In this document: positions 18,745-29,246 of the stretch, one piece after another
How the letters are laid out: each line of letters begins with the position of its first letter
Numbering within the stretch: position 1 is the stretch's first letter
From: Flavobacteriales bacterium
GTDB taxonomy: Bacteria; Bacteroidota; Bacteroidia; Flavobacteriales_C; GCA-002722245
Assembly (NCBI GenBank): GCA_049430665.1
Contig: JBMTCG010000005.1
Span: forward strand, 2,930-66,929
DNA length: 64,000 nucleotides
Direction: 5' to 3'
Position numbers and translations under genes: made by a program
The notes under the pieces: generated by a model
What the model was told of the DNA's origin: nothing
Databases searched by the model: none
The model's input: only the letters and a program-made list of their open reading frames with translations

Positions 18745-20686
18745 TTTTCGAGGTGTTTATCTTTTCAAGCACTTTGAAAATAATTCTTCTGTTTTTTTGT
18801 CGGCCTTCTGGATTGTCGCTTCCATCGGGATTGTTGTTGTACGCAATCGGCTGAGTCATACCATAACCTTTAGCGATAAGCGATTTAGAATTTACCCCTT
18901 TACTTATTAAGAAATCGGCAACACTTTTGGCGCGTTCTTGCGATAATTTAAGGTTGTAATCGGCATTCCCTTTGTTGTCGGTATGGGCAGCAATTTCAAT
19001 TTTTAAATCGGGATTTTGCAGCATAAAAATCACCAGTTGCTGCAATTCATTTTTTGATTCAGGCGTGAGCTCTGCTTTATCGTATTCAAAATAAATATTG
19101 CTAAGCGTGTATTCTTTATTGAGTGCAATGGGTTCTAGGTAACATTTGATTTCTGTGGTATCGCTGCTGTAATTTAGCATCTCAATTTTTTGTGTCGATT
19201 TGATAAATCCTTTTTTAGAAATTTCAATATCGAATGTTTGCTTAGGTTTTGCAGCATATAGAATGTTTTCTTGCAAAATAGAATCTTTTGTGTTGAAGTA
19301 AGTAATCAAAGTTTGAGAGATACTTTGTTCTGTGCTGTCGTTAATTTTTTGATACGCATTGATTCTAAAATATTTCTTCTCATCTTTTTGAATGATGAAA
19401 ATATCGTCGCCTATGTTTTTTCGTTTGATGTCGCTTCTGTTCGATAGCATTAGGCTAATGTTGTTGCTGTATTTTTTAAAGTAAAACTCATCTTTTGAGG
19501 TGTTGAAAGGCATGCCTAAGTTCTTTGGTTTATCGAAACTTTTACCTTTGTCGTTAGCTACAAAAATATCGTAACCACCAATGTTATCTAAGCCGTTGCT
19601 GCTGTAATAGAGGTCGCCAGCATTGTCGATAAATGGAGAAATCTCATTGTCGCTCGAGTTGAATTTTCTTCCCATGTTGTATGCTTTTTCAACGTTGAGT
19701 GCAGCATCAATTTCGGCATACCATAAATCTAAACCACCATTTCCTCCTGGTTTATCTGAGGAGAAGTACAAAATGTCTTGTTTTGTTTTTTTGTCGTAAG
19801 CTACTGCTGGGTGGGTAGAGCTGTACTCACCTGTTGGGTCGTTTACTAGCGGGCCCAATTTTACAGGCAGCGCCCATTCGTTGTTGGTTAAAAGAGAGCC
19901 ATACAATTCGCAAATTAATTTACCGCTGGCGTTCATTTTACATTCGGTGAAGTACAATCTTTTTTCGTCGTCAGAGAAAGTGATGTCTGGCACATCACCT
20001 GTAATATTGGCGAAGAACTGCGGAAGAAATATTTGTGCTTTCTTCAAAGTATCGTGAATGTTGATAGCGTAGAGGCGGTGTTTAGGGTTGTTTTCTTCAA
20101 AGGGAAGTGTAATTAAAGTATCGGAATAAATAGTAGAAAAAATCAAAATTGAATCGTGAAACAAAGTAGGGTTGAGCTCACTGTATCTTTTGTTGATGTT
20201 GTTGGGTAGCGCTTTTACTATTTGATTGTTGTCGCTTTTCATCTTCAAAGCCAAATCGCAATTTTTTAATTCATCTTTTGCTTTGCCCACATAATACGAT
20301 GAATTATTTCCTCTGTAGTTTTTTCTAAAATGTTCGAAATTCTCTTTTGCTTTTTCGTATTGTGCGAGCGTTTTTAGCGACTGCGCATAATACAATTCTG
20401 CCAAAGGAAATTCTTTGTCGCCCAACACAAAAGCCCTTTCAAAGCAAGTGTGTGCTTCTTTAAATTCGCCCACTTTTTGGTAAGCATTGGCGAGCTGAAT
20501 GAGCACGTAAACATTGTTGCTGTTTTTTTCTAATTCTTCTTTGTATAAATCGATGGCTTCGTAGAAATGTCCTTCATAAAATGAATGGTCGGCTACTTTT
20601 ACATTCGAACTTCTGCTTTGCGCAAAAGCGCTGCTGCTCAACAAAAGCAAGAAACAAAGACAATATGTAAGTGCTCTATATTTCAT
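18734..20686 (-). CDS. OmpA-family protein with N-terminal TPR repeats, TolB-like (PD40) beta-propeller region and C-terminal OmpA peptidoglycan-binding domain
   Basis: C-terminus NIYFEYDKAELTPESK...IEIAAHTDNKGNADYNLKLSQERAKSV is an OmpA_C domain. The track ORF 18734..20713 was trimmed to the Met of signal peptide MKYRALTYCLCFLLLLSSSAFA. Confidence 0.8.
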   Translation of the reverse strand: MKYRALTYCLCFLLLLSSSAFAQSRSSNVKVADHSFYEGHFYEAIDLYKEELEKNSNNVYVLIQLANAYQKVGEFKEAHTCFERAFVLGDKEFPLAELYYAQSLKTLAQYEKAKENFEHFRKNYRGNNSSYYVGKAKDELKNCDLALKMKSDNNQIVKALPNNINKRYSELNPTLFHDSILIFSTIYSDTLITLPFEENNPKHRLYAINIHDTLKKAQIFLPQFFANITGDVPDITFSDDEKRLYFTECKMNASGKLICELYGSLLTNNEWALPVKLGPLVNDPTGEYSSTHPAVAYDKKTKQDILYFSSDKPGGNGGLDLWYAEIDAALNVEKAYNMGRKFNSSDNEISPFIDNAGDLYYSSNGLDNIGGYDIFVANDKGKSFDKPKNLGMPFNTSKDEFYFKKYSNNISLMLSNRSDIKRKNIGDDIFIIQKDEKKYFRINAYQKINDSTEQSISQTLITYFNTKDSILQENILYAAKPKQTFDIEISKKGFIKSTQKIEMLNYSSDTTEIKCYLEPIALNKEYTLSNIYFEYDKAELTPESKNELQQLVIFMLQNPDLKIEIAAHTDNKGNADYNLKLSQERAKSVADFLISKGVNSKSLIAKGYGMTQPIAYNNNPDGSDNPEGRQKNRRIIFKVLEKINTSKNEQ

Positions 20687-20687
20687 T

Positions 20688-21719
20688 TTAAAAGAGTCGA
20701 TTTGGCGGAACAATTCTCGTTTTATTTTTTTGAATATTGAATAAGTTGTGCGTGTAAATCATAGAAATTTCTAGTGCTCCCTGGTAGTTGCTGGCCACAT
20801 GTAATTTTGATGCATTTACATCGTAAGTAAAATTGAATTGCCAGTTGTTGTGGTTGATACCAAACAAGAAGTTGAAAGCATCGCCTACACGATACCACAC
20901 GCCGGTTTTGAGGTAAATGTTTTCTTTTAATTTTTTGCCGAAGCCGTAGTTGAGCACGCCTCCAAAATTGAATTCGGCAGCTCTTTTTTGATACATCACC
21001 AATACCGAAGGCGTAACAAAAAGAAATTTAGAAATGTTGTATTGTCCGTCGCCATGCAACACCCATTTGGCAGCCAATAAATCTTTTTGAGTGCTAAGCG
21101 ATTGGTTCGGACGGTTGATGTGTGCCGCAGATAAACCGAAGTTGATGTAGTATTTCTTCGTGCTCATCCAGTAACCTGCACCCAATTGCATATCGGGACG
21201 AACAATACTTTGCGTAGAGAAATTTTCGCCATTGCTTGTTCCACTAAAATCGGATGCGCTATAGTTGAACTGATTTTCGAAAACCAAAACGTTAGGGTTA
21301 ATCGATTTTTGAAAAGCGCCCAATTGCAATCCTCCGTAAACTTTTCTATCGAGATTTTTATTAAGGTAATGGTGGTAAGCAGCATTTAAAGAAAAGTGAG
21401 TGGTTTTAATAGCACCATCGGCAGAATTGTCGGCAACTATTAGAATTCCTCCACCCACAAAATCTCCTTTAAGTTTTTCTTCCATGAATTTTTTATCGGC
21501 AAAAAGGCACGAAGTAACATAAGGAGAGGAAATAGAATTCCATTGATTTCTGTACAAATAGCCTATTCTAAATTCACCATTGATATCCCCCGTTTGTGCT
21601 ACATTGGTGAGCATGGGCGTGTTGGTGAATTGCGTGAAATGAACGTCTTGAGCGCTTACAGAAAAAGTGAAAAGTAAAAAGGCAAACCCCAAAAAATGAT
21701 ATGTTATTTTGTTCATCAT
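20688..21719 (-). CDS. type IX secretion system membrane protein PorP/SprF family
   Basis: N-terminus AQDVHFTQFTNTPMLTNVAQTG matches the PorP/SprF signature (QDxxFSQY..NP...NPA..G). Start overlaps the upstream adhesin stop (ATGA). Confidence 0.85.
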   Translation of the reverse strand: MMNKITYHFLGFAFLLFTFSVSAQDVHFTQFTNTPMLTNVAQTGDINGEFRIGYLYRNQWNSISSPYVTSCLFADKKFMEEKLKGDFVGGGILIVADNSADGAIKTTHFSLNAAYHHYLNKNLDRKVYGGLQLGAFQKSINPNVLVFENQFNYSASDFSGTSNGENFSTQSIVRPDMQLGAGYWMSTKKYYINFGLSAAHINRPNQSLSTQKDLLAAKWVLHGDGQYNISKFLFVTPSVLVMYQKRAAEFNFGGVLNYGFGKKLKENIYLKTGVWYRVGDAFNFLFGINHNNWQFNFTYDVNASKLHVASNYQGALEISMIYTHNLFNIQKNKTRIVPPNRLF

Positions 21720-24700
21720 TTAATAAGCGTGATGTTTCCTTTTTGGGTAATTTCTTTGCCAGTTATATTATCTGTAGCTGTAATGTAATACACGTAAGTT
21801 CCTTCGTTTTGAAGCGTTCCGTTAAAAGTGCCATCCCAATATTTTTCAATGTTATCTGTTTTAAAAACCTGCTGTCCCCAGCGATTGTAAATGGTGAAAT
21901 CTACCAAAGTAACATTACCCGCATTTAAAATTTTAACGTAATCGTTGTTGCCGTCGCCGTTGGGGGTGAATCCCGACATTAACTTAACAAATTCACCAGC
22001 GGCCACACGTACAATAGTGGTCATACTATCAACACACAATCCTTCATTCGATGCGTAAAGCGTAACCACATAATCTCCGTTTTTAAAGAAATCGTGTGAA
22101 GGGTTAGGTAAATTAGAGGTGGTGTTGTCACTAATTTTCCACAACCATTGCGTGGTGCTTTCACAAGCTTCAGTAAAATCAACAGTGGTATTTACAGAAG
22201 GATGTTCGGGCGAAAAAGAAAACTTAGCCACAGGTGGAAGCAAGGCTTTTAATATAATCGATGAATCGATGTGGCATAAATTATTGGCATAATCCACTTT
22301 CAAATTAAACGATTGATCACCCAAGGTATTTATTTTGTAGTTGGCGAAAGTGCTTTCTTGGAGGTCGCTGTTGTGCGACCAATACAACTTATTGATAGAT
22401 ACGCTTGGATCGGTGTTGGTGATGTTGAATTGTGCGTTGTAAGGAATACAAAATAGTTTGGTGATGGTGTCTAATGTAAATTGCGGACTCTTAAACACTG
22501 CGATTTCTCTTGTTGTGGTGTCGGCGCAGCCTTCAATGATTGAAGTGGCAATTAATTTTACGTTGTAAATCTTTTGAGCGCCAAATGCGTGCACCGGACT
22601 CACCTGCGTACCATAGTTTAAATCATCAAAATTCCAGTAGTAAGAAAGTGGAAATTGAGAAGTAGTGGTGTTGGTAAATTGTGCACTACCCAAAGCACAA
22701 AGCAATGTATCGCTTGCATCGAAATCGCCTATCACTTTTTCGGCATAAACATTTTCTAAATTCATTACCGATGAACAGTTGTTGGTATCTAACAACTGAA
22801 TTTGAGGTGTAAATAATCCTTTGCTGTTATAAGCGTGATTGGTAATGTTTGGATTAATAAGGTAATCGAACGATTGCACATTGCCATCGCCAAAATCCCA
22901 AGTGTAATAATTGGTTTGCTTAAAATCTTGAACAAATACAGTGTTTAAAGGTACGCAGCCCGAATCGTTTTGAATGGTGTAAGTGCCGTACGGACCGTTT
23001 ACAGTGATGTAATTCATTTTGGTTAAGGAAGAAGAACAACCATTTTTTGTAGCTACTGTAAGATTAACATTGAACTTACCAGGATGAGTGTAGTTGGTTA
23101 AAGGATTTTTGCTGTACGATACATTTCCTTCTTGAAAATTCCATTCCCATTGGGTGATGTTGCTGATAGAAGAATCGCTGAAAGTCGCTAGGAAAGGAGA
23201 GCAATCGCCCACAGAATCACTCACGCCAAATTTCACTGTTGGATAATTTTCTACATCTATCAAAGCTGCTTTTAATAAGGTGTCTTTGCAACCAAATGAG
23301 TTGGTGGTAACAAGTGCAACATTGAAAACTCCCGCTTGATTGTAGATGTTTTTAGGATGCGTGAGATTAGATGTATCTCCTTGTCCGAAATCCCATTTGT
23401 AAGTCAAGCCCACACCAGTGCCCAAATTCGTAAATCTAATGGTGTCGCCATAGCACGCCAATGTTTTATTCTGCGTGAAATCGGCAATGGGTTTAGAAAG
23501 GGTAATTAAATTAGGCAAGTAAACCGAATCTCTGCAGCCAGCATTATTTTCTAAAGTATAGCTTACGTTGTATGATTTAATTGGGTAGTATTTGTGTTGC
23601 GGATTAACTTGTGATGAAGTTGTGTTATCGCCAAATCTCCATCTTCTTAAAGTATATGGAGTAGTGGTGTAAGATGAATCGCTAAACTGAACTGTTTCAC
23701 CTTCGCAATACATATTTTTAGGAACAGAGAATTTTGCTTTTACACCATCAATATGAATGGTGTCGGTATGTATTACGCTGCATTGTTTGTAATCGGGAGT
23801 AGCGCCATTCACCGAGCCATTGATCAAAGAGAAGGTGTATGATTTAATTACAAAAGTACCCGTATCGGCATAAACATAATTTACAGTATCAATACTGCTT
23901 CCTTCCATAGTTTCGCCATTGCCAAAATCGAAAGCTCTTTTTGAAATTTGCCCGTACGAACTTGTGCTAATATTAATCAATTGAACAGGTGCATTGGTGC
24001 AGCCTTTTTTAGGAATGTAAACTTTTTGAATGATGGAATCTATAGCTATTGTTTTCACATCGTTGTTGGTACATTGTAATGCAGAATTGCTTACGCTAAT
24101 ATTAATGCTGTAGGTGCCCGCTTTTGTGAGGCTGATGAAGTTGGTGTCTGAACCAGAAATTTTGGTAATGGTATCATTGGTTTGCTTATTCACCACATTG
24201 AAATAATTGGTTGTGGTGTATTGCGAAGAGCCGTTTGATAAACCAATGGTTAATGGCGGATTGCATGATGCCAAACTAAACTGACCGTTTGGAAAAATAA
24301 AATTAGGCGACGCCATAGTTCCTTTAACATAAAACGGTTTTTTCACTTCGGCATAGCAACCATTGTTACCAACTATCATGTGAATGTAATGTAAACCGGT
24401 ATCGGGCATGGCATCGTAAGCGTACAGAGAACCTCCACTCATTAAAGTTTTGTAAGCTTCTTTTTTATTGAAGTTTTTGCTTTGTGTTTTAACAGAGGTG
24501 TAGTTGGCATTGGCGTCGCTAAAACCAGAATCGGGACAAGCAACGGGTTTTTTATTTTCGTTCAATAAGATGTTGGCATTGTCGCCATACCAATCCCAAC
24601 ACCAATAATTGGCTTTTACCGAAGAAGGAGAATATGTACTTAAATCACTAAAATTTTTCGATGTGTTGTAGCAAGTAGAATCGTCGCTCATAGAGAAATC

Positions 24701-26293
24701 TACTGAACTTGGTTTAATTCCCGTTTTTACTAACTTTTTATAAATTGTTGTGTCTACACATCCCGAATCGTTTTGAATGATAAGTTGTACATCATACATT
24801 CCCGAATTTGCATAATTGTGTGATGCGTTTTTTGTGCTTGCTGTATTGTTCACCCCACTTGCAGGATCGCCGAAATTCCATTTGTAAGAAACTATGTTTG
24901 AGCTGTAAGCATAACTGCTACTTTTAAAAGTAACGGTTAAAGGTGCGCAGCCCGTAAAAGGGGTGTCGGGTACAACAGCGGCAATAGGTAACGGAAAAGC
25001 AAAATATTGCGTGTCAATATCTGTGCATCCCCAAGTATTGGTTTCTGTTAAAATGGTTCTTGCAGTGTAAGGCGGAGCAGTGAAAATAGTAGTGGGATTT
25101 TTAGCACTAGATGTCTTGCCGTCTGAGAAATTCCAGTTAGAGGAAATGCTTGTTCCTTTGCTTTTGTTGTTGTAGGTTACTTTAAAAGGTGCTTTACAAG
25201 GTAGGGAAGAATAGGTGAAAGAGGCATTCGGACTCTCATACGTTTTAGCGACAGTATCAAAACAAGTGTTGCTGTATGTGCTTTTTAAAATGATGGTGTA
25301 TTTTCCTTTGCTGTTGTATTGATGCGAAATAACCTTGGCCGTTGAGGTATCGCCATCACCAAAAGTCCATTCGCTTTTTACCACAGGCACTGTGGTATTC
25401 GTAAAGTTTAATTTGAAATCTTTTGCGCTGTTGTTACAAGTTGCCGTGTAAGAAAAATCGGCCAAATAGCGCGCAATTCTAATTTCTTTGGTGATAGTGG
25501 CCGAACAAGCAGACCCTATACTATTAATGGTTAATTTAACAGGAATAGTATCAAAGGCATTGTAAGTATGAACAGGTGATTTCGCTGTAGAAGTGCTGCC
25601 ATCGCCAAACTCCCAAAAATAGTTAAGGTTGAGTCCGCTCGATTGATTTGTAAATTGAATATCGGCAGGTACAGCACACACAAAAGAATCGGCAATGAAA
25701 TTGGCCTTAGGCTGATTGATATTGATATAATTGTTCTTAGTTGTTGATGCTTTACAACCATTGGCATCGGTCACTTGCAAATAAACAGAGTACTTTCCAT
25801 CTTGATTGTACTAATGGGTTGGGTTTTGAGCATTCGATATTTGTCCGTCACCAAAGCTCCAAAACCAGCCTGTTATTCCCGCCGATTGGGCAATAGATAA
25901 ATCGCTAAAGTTTAAGGCTTCATTGCTGCAAAGGGCAGTTTTGTTGGCCTTGAAATCGGCGCTTGGCGGACCGTAAACAGTAATGTTAACCGTTTTAACG
26001 CTCGGCACTCCTACACCAGAAGCCGTTAATTTCACTGTATAAATTCCTGGTTGAGCATACAAGGCGCTGCTATGTAGGGTGTTTGCCCCTTTTCCATTGC
26101 CAAAATCCCAGGTATAAGAACTAGCATTGCTAGAGGTATTGGTAAAGTTCACTAAAACTGGCGCACAACCACTAACAGCATCGGCAGTGAAATTGGCTGT
26201 TACTTGGGCAAACAGAGCGATGCTAGGCAATAGTAAAACCGCCAAGAATAGTATCTGTTTTTTTAGAAAAGAAAAAGAATCTCTTGTACACAT
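21716..26293 (-). pseudogene. giant PKD-repeat adhesin with T9SS type B (gliding-motility-associated) C-terminal domain, interrupted by an in-frame TAG at 25811-25813
   Basis: N-terminal fragment 25814..26293 holds the signal peptide and first PKD domain, ending ...NAQNPTH. The stop falls inside a PKD motif. Translation continues in the same frame: YNQDGKYSVYLQVTDANGC.... The track 'M' at 25780 is really a TTG Leu codon. C-terminus GFTPNGDGNNDY...YWDGTFNG. Confidence 0.65.
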
Positions 26294-26626
26294 AAATTAA
26301 TAGAGCGAAAATAGATATTTAAAGTTTTGTGGTCAATAAAAAGATTGGGGGTATTCCTACTATAATCATAAGAACTTCATTCATATTGCGAAATCCGATT
26401 CGTACACTGAGATAGAAATATTGTGAAAATGGCAGAGAAAATCACACTTTAATTTATAATTTTGCTAGCAAATATGGCTGAAAAACGATATATTGACGTA
26501 GAGATTGATAAGTTGACTAATTCGATAGTTAACATCATTTCACAGGAAGTTTTTTAAACGGAATTCGCGAAAGTTAACAGTAAGGAAATTAAAAAAACTG
26601 AATGGGTTTTTGATTGGCATAGGGAG

Positions 26627-26986
26627 TTGAAAGATAAAGACAATTTTGTGTATAAAATGACGACAGTTGAGAATAAAACGGTGATTCAAGGCTTGATTTC
26701 ATTTCAAAAACGAGAGAACTTTGTTTTTGTCAATCTTATTGAGAATGCTAAATTCAATAGGGGAAAACATAAGCTCTATGAAGGTGTAGTAGGTAATATG
26801 TTTGCTTTTGCTTGTAAAATATCAAAGGATAGTGGGTTTGGTGGATTTGTGGGTTTTATTTCAAAAACATCGTTAATGGAATATTATAATAAATCTTTAG
26901 GAGCTGTTAGAACCATAGGTCAGAGAATGGTAATTATGGAAGAAGATGCCGATATATTGATTAAAAGATACTTTAAAACTAAATAG
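26627..26986 (+). CDS. hypothetical protein; possibly the C-terminal part of a gene broken by an in-frame TAA at 26555-26557
   Basis: A small ORF 26474..26554 (MAEKRYIDVEIDKLTNSIVNIISQEVF) is in the same frame, separated only by TAA. The first start codons after the stop are TTG at 26627 and ATG at 26657. Confidence 0.45.
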   Translation: MKDKDNFVYKMTTVENKTVIQGLISFQKRENFVFVNLIENAKFNRGKHKLYEGVVGNMFAFACKISKDSGFGGFVGFISKTSLMEYYNKSLGAVRTIGQRMVIMEEDADILIKRYFKTK

Positions 26987-27513
26987 TATGAAAAGGAGAG
27001 AATCAAACGAGCCTGATTTGTTCGTAGTGAATAAAAAGCTCACAGATAAAGAGGCAAAAGAGTTTAGTGACTTTATATAGGAATGTAAAAAGAAAACTGC
27101 TGCTGCTAAAAAAAGAGGCAGAGCAGCTTAATTATTTTAAATTATTGTAAAGCCTGAAGCAGAAATGTTTGGGGCTTTTTTATTTATCAAAATCGCGTAT
27201 GAATCAGCCTCAAAAGTTGATGTTGAAGAAAAAGAGATTACTTTTTTTGCACAAATTATTCGCTGTAACATAGTGTCGTGGTGTTAATTAAAAAAACATT
27301 AAATTCACAGTTTTATGAATATCAAGAGCATTATTTTTACTATTTCTTGTTTTTCTATCTTACATTCCTCTTAAATAACCCGAAAAAAGGCAATGCAATT
27401 GCCGCAGTAGGAAGTCGCACGACACAGTCGCGCGCCACATAGATTTTCACAGAGAGAAAGCGATTAATTCCTCAGAATAAATTAAATTTACCCCGCAACC
27501 AAAAATTATATTT

Positions 27514-29118
27514 ATGTCGGAATTTATCTACCAAAAACCATTTCCTTTAAAAAAGGACCCAACACCATATAAATTAATCAGCAAAGAGCACGTTTCTACT
27601 ATACAAGTAGACGGACGAGAAATCTTGAAAGTTGCTCCAGAGGCTTTAGAGTTAATCGCTCAAGAGGCGATGGTGGATATATCATTCTTGCTTAGAACGG
27701 CGCACTTGGAAAAAGTAGCTAAAATTTTAGATGACCCTGAGGCTACAGATAACGATAGATTCGTGGCTTACACTCTTTTACAAAACGCTAAAATCGCTGC
27801 CGAAGGTCAGTTGCCTTCTTGCCAAGATACCGGTACTGCTATCGTAATGGGTAAAAAAGGGGAAAATGTATACACTGGCGTGAACGATGAAGAATTTTTA
27901 TCGAAAGGTATTTACAACACCTTTAAACAACGCAATCTTCGCTTTTCGCAGTTGGTGCCTTTGAACATGTTTGAAGAAAAAAATACAGGAACCAACCTTC
28001 CTGCTCAAATAGATTTGTATGCCGAACAAGGTAATGAATACAAGTTCTTGTTTTTGGCTAAAGGGGGAGGTTCGGCCAATAAAACCTATTTGTATCAGCA
28101 AACGAAAGCTTTGTTGAATGAGAAAAGTTTAACCGAATTCATCACCGCAAAAATTAAAGATTTGGGTACTTCCGCTTGTCCGCCTTACCACTTAGCAGTG
28201 GTGATTGGTGGTACATCTGCCGAAGCGAATTTGAAAGCGGTGAAAATGGCGAGTGCGGGTTATTACGATGAGTTGCCAACAGAAGGCAACATTGGCGGAC
28301 AAGCCATGAGATCTTTGGAGTGGGAAGAGAAAATTCATAAAATTTGTCAGGATAGCTTAATTGGCGCTCAATTCGGTGGTAAATATTTCACGCACGATGT
28401 TAAGGTAATTCGTTTGCCTAGACACGCTGCTTCTTGTCCGGTAGGTATTGGCGTAAGCTGTTCTGCCGATAGAAACATCAAAGGAAAAATTACCAAAGAC
28501 GGTATTTTCTTAGAGCAGTTGGAATTGAATCCAGGAAGATTTGTACCTGCCAAAGCTCCTCATTTAGAGAAAGCGGTAGAGATTGATTTGAATATGCCAA
28601 TGGCCGATATTTTGAAAATATTGTCTCAATATCCAATTAAAACGAGATTGAATTTGCGCGGGACTCTAATAGTAGCGAGAGATGTGGCGCATGCTAAAAT
28701 TAAAGAGTTGGTGGATGCAGGTAAACCAATGCCAGAGTATTTTAAAAATCACCCAGTATATTATGCCGGTCCGGCGAAAACTCCAGAGGGAATGCCATCG
28801 GGAAGTTTCGGTCCGACTACTGCTGGTCGTATGGATTCCTATGTTGAACAATTCCAATCTTTGGGTGGTTCAATGATTATGTTGGCCAAAGGAAATCGTT
28901 CTGTGGCGGTGACTAACGCGTGTAAAAATCACGGTGGATTCTATTTGGGTTCTATCGGCGGACCAGCAGCAATCTTAGCGAAGCAAAATATCAAATCGGT
29001 GGAAGTTGTTGATTTCCCTGAATTAGGTATGGAAGCGGTGCGTAAGATTGAAGTGGAGAATTTCCCTGCGTTTATCGTTTGTGATGATAAGGGGAATGAC
29101 TTTTTTGCGAATATTTAA
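27514..29118 (+). CDS. fumB: fumarate hydratase class I (Fe-S, single polypeptide)
   Basis: 534 aa. [15 protein letters not shown] and conserved Cys ligands. Alpha and beta regions are contiguous. Confidence 0.9.
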   Translation: MSEFIYQKPFPLKKDPTPYKLISKEHVSTIQVDGREILKVAPEALELIAQEAMVDISFLLRTAHLEKVAKILDDPEATDNDRFVAYTLLQNAKIAAEGQLPSCQDTGTAIVMGKKGENVYTGVNDEEFLSKGIYNTFKQRNLRFSQLVPLNMFEEKNTGTNLPAQIDLYAEQGNEYKFLFLAKGGGSANKTYLYQQTKALLNEKSLTEFITAKIKDLGTSACPPYHLAVVIGGTSAEANLKAVKMASAGYYDELPTEGNIGGQAMRSLEWEEKIHKICQDSLIGAQFGGKYFTHDVKVIRLPRHAASCPVGIGVSCSADRNIKGKITKDGIFLEQLELNPGRFVPAKAPHLEKAVEIDLNMPMADILKILSQYPIKTRLNLRGTLIVARDVAHAKIKELVDAGKPMPEYFKNHPVYYAGPAKTPEGMPSGSFGPTTAGRMDSYVEQFQSLGGSMIMLAKGNRSVAVTNACKNHGGFYLGSIGGPAAILAKQNIKSVEVVDFPELGMEAVRKIEVENFPAFIVCDDKGNDFFANI

Positions 29119-29127
29119 TTTACATGT

Positions 29128-29230
29128 AGGACAATAGTTCCTTCGGAGTACCTCAGGATGACAAACTGGGTAAAGAACTACGCTTAGGTGTGGTTGTCAT
29201 CCTGAGGTACTCCGAAGGAACTATTGTCCT
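29128..29230. repeat. 37-bp perfect inverted repeat with 29-nt spacer (long palindromic hairpin element)
   Basis: aggacaatagttccttcggagtacctcaggatgacaa at 29128-29164 is exactly reverse-complementary to 29194-29230. Confidence 0.7.
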
Positions 29231-29246
29231 TTACTTAATTCTTTAA

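Noticed and set aside
18302-18910. 202-aa plus-strand ORF
   Set aside because: It lies antisense inside the Ycf48/BNR-like and OmpA genes and has no motif or signal. The same holds for other antisense ORFs: 30633-31238 inside the radical SAM gene, 52259-52753 inside fmt, 36221-36526 inside the porin, and 5686-5994 inside yqgE.
25778-25780. Predicted Met start of the 1354-aa ORF
   Set aside because: The codon is TTG and encodes the Leu of a PKD motif (YLQVTDANGC) continuing in-frame from upstream. It is an ORF-finder artefact, not a real start.
27130-27190. Possible terminator aagcc...ggggcttttttat after the small ORF region
   Set aside because: The stem is only 5 bp with a ~20-nt loop, too weak to call.
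27395-27445. GC-rich island with small hairpin ggcaat-gca-attgcc in the AT-rich fumarase upstream region
   Set aside because: Only a 6-bp stem. No recognisable riboswitch or sRNA architecture. Possibly just an operator or promoter-proximal site.
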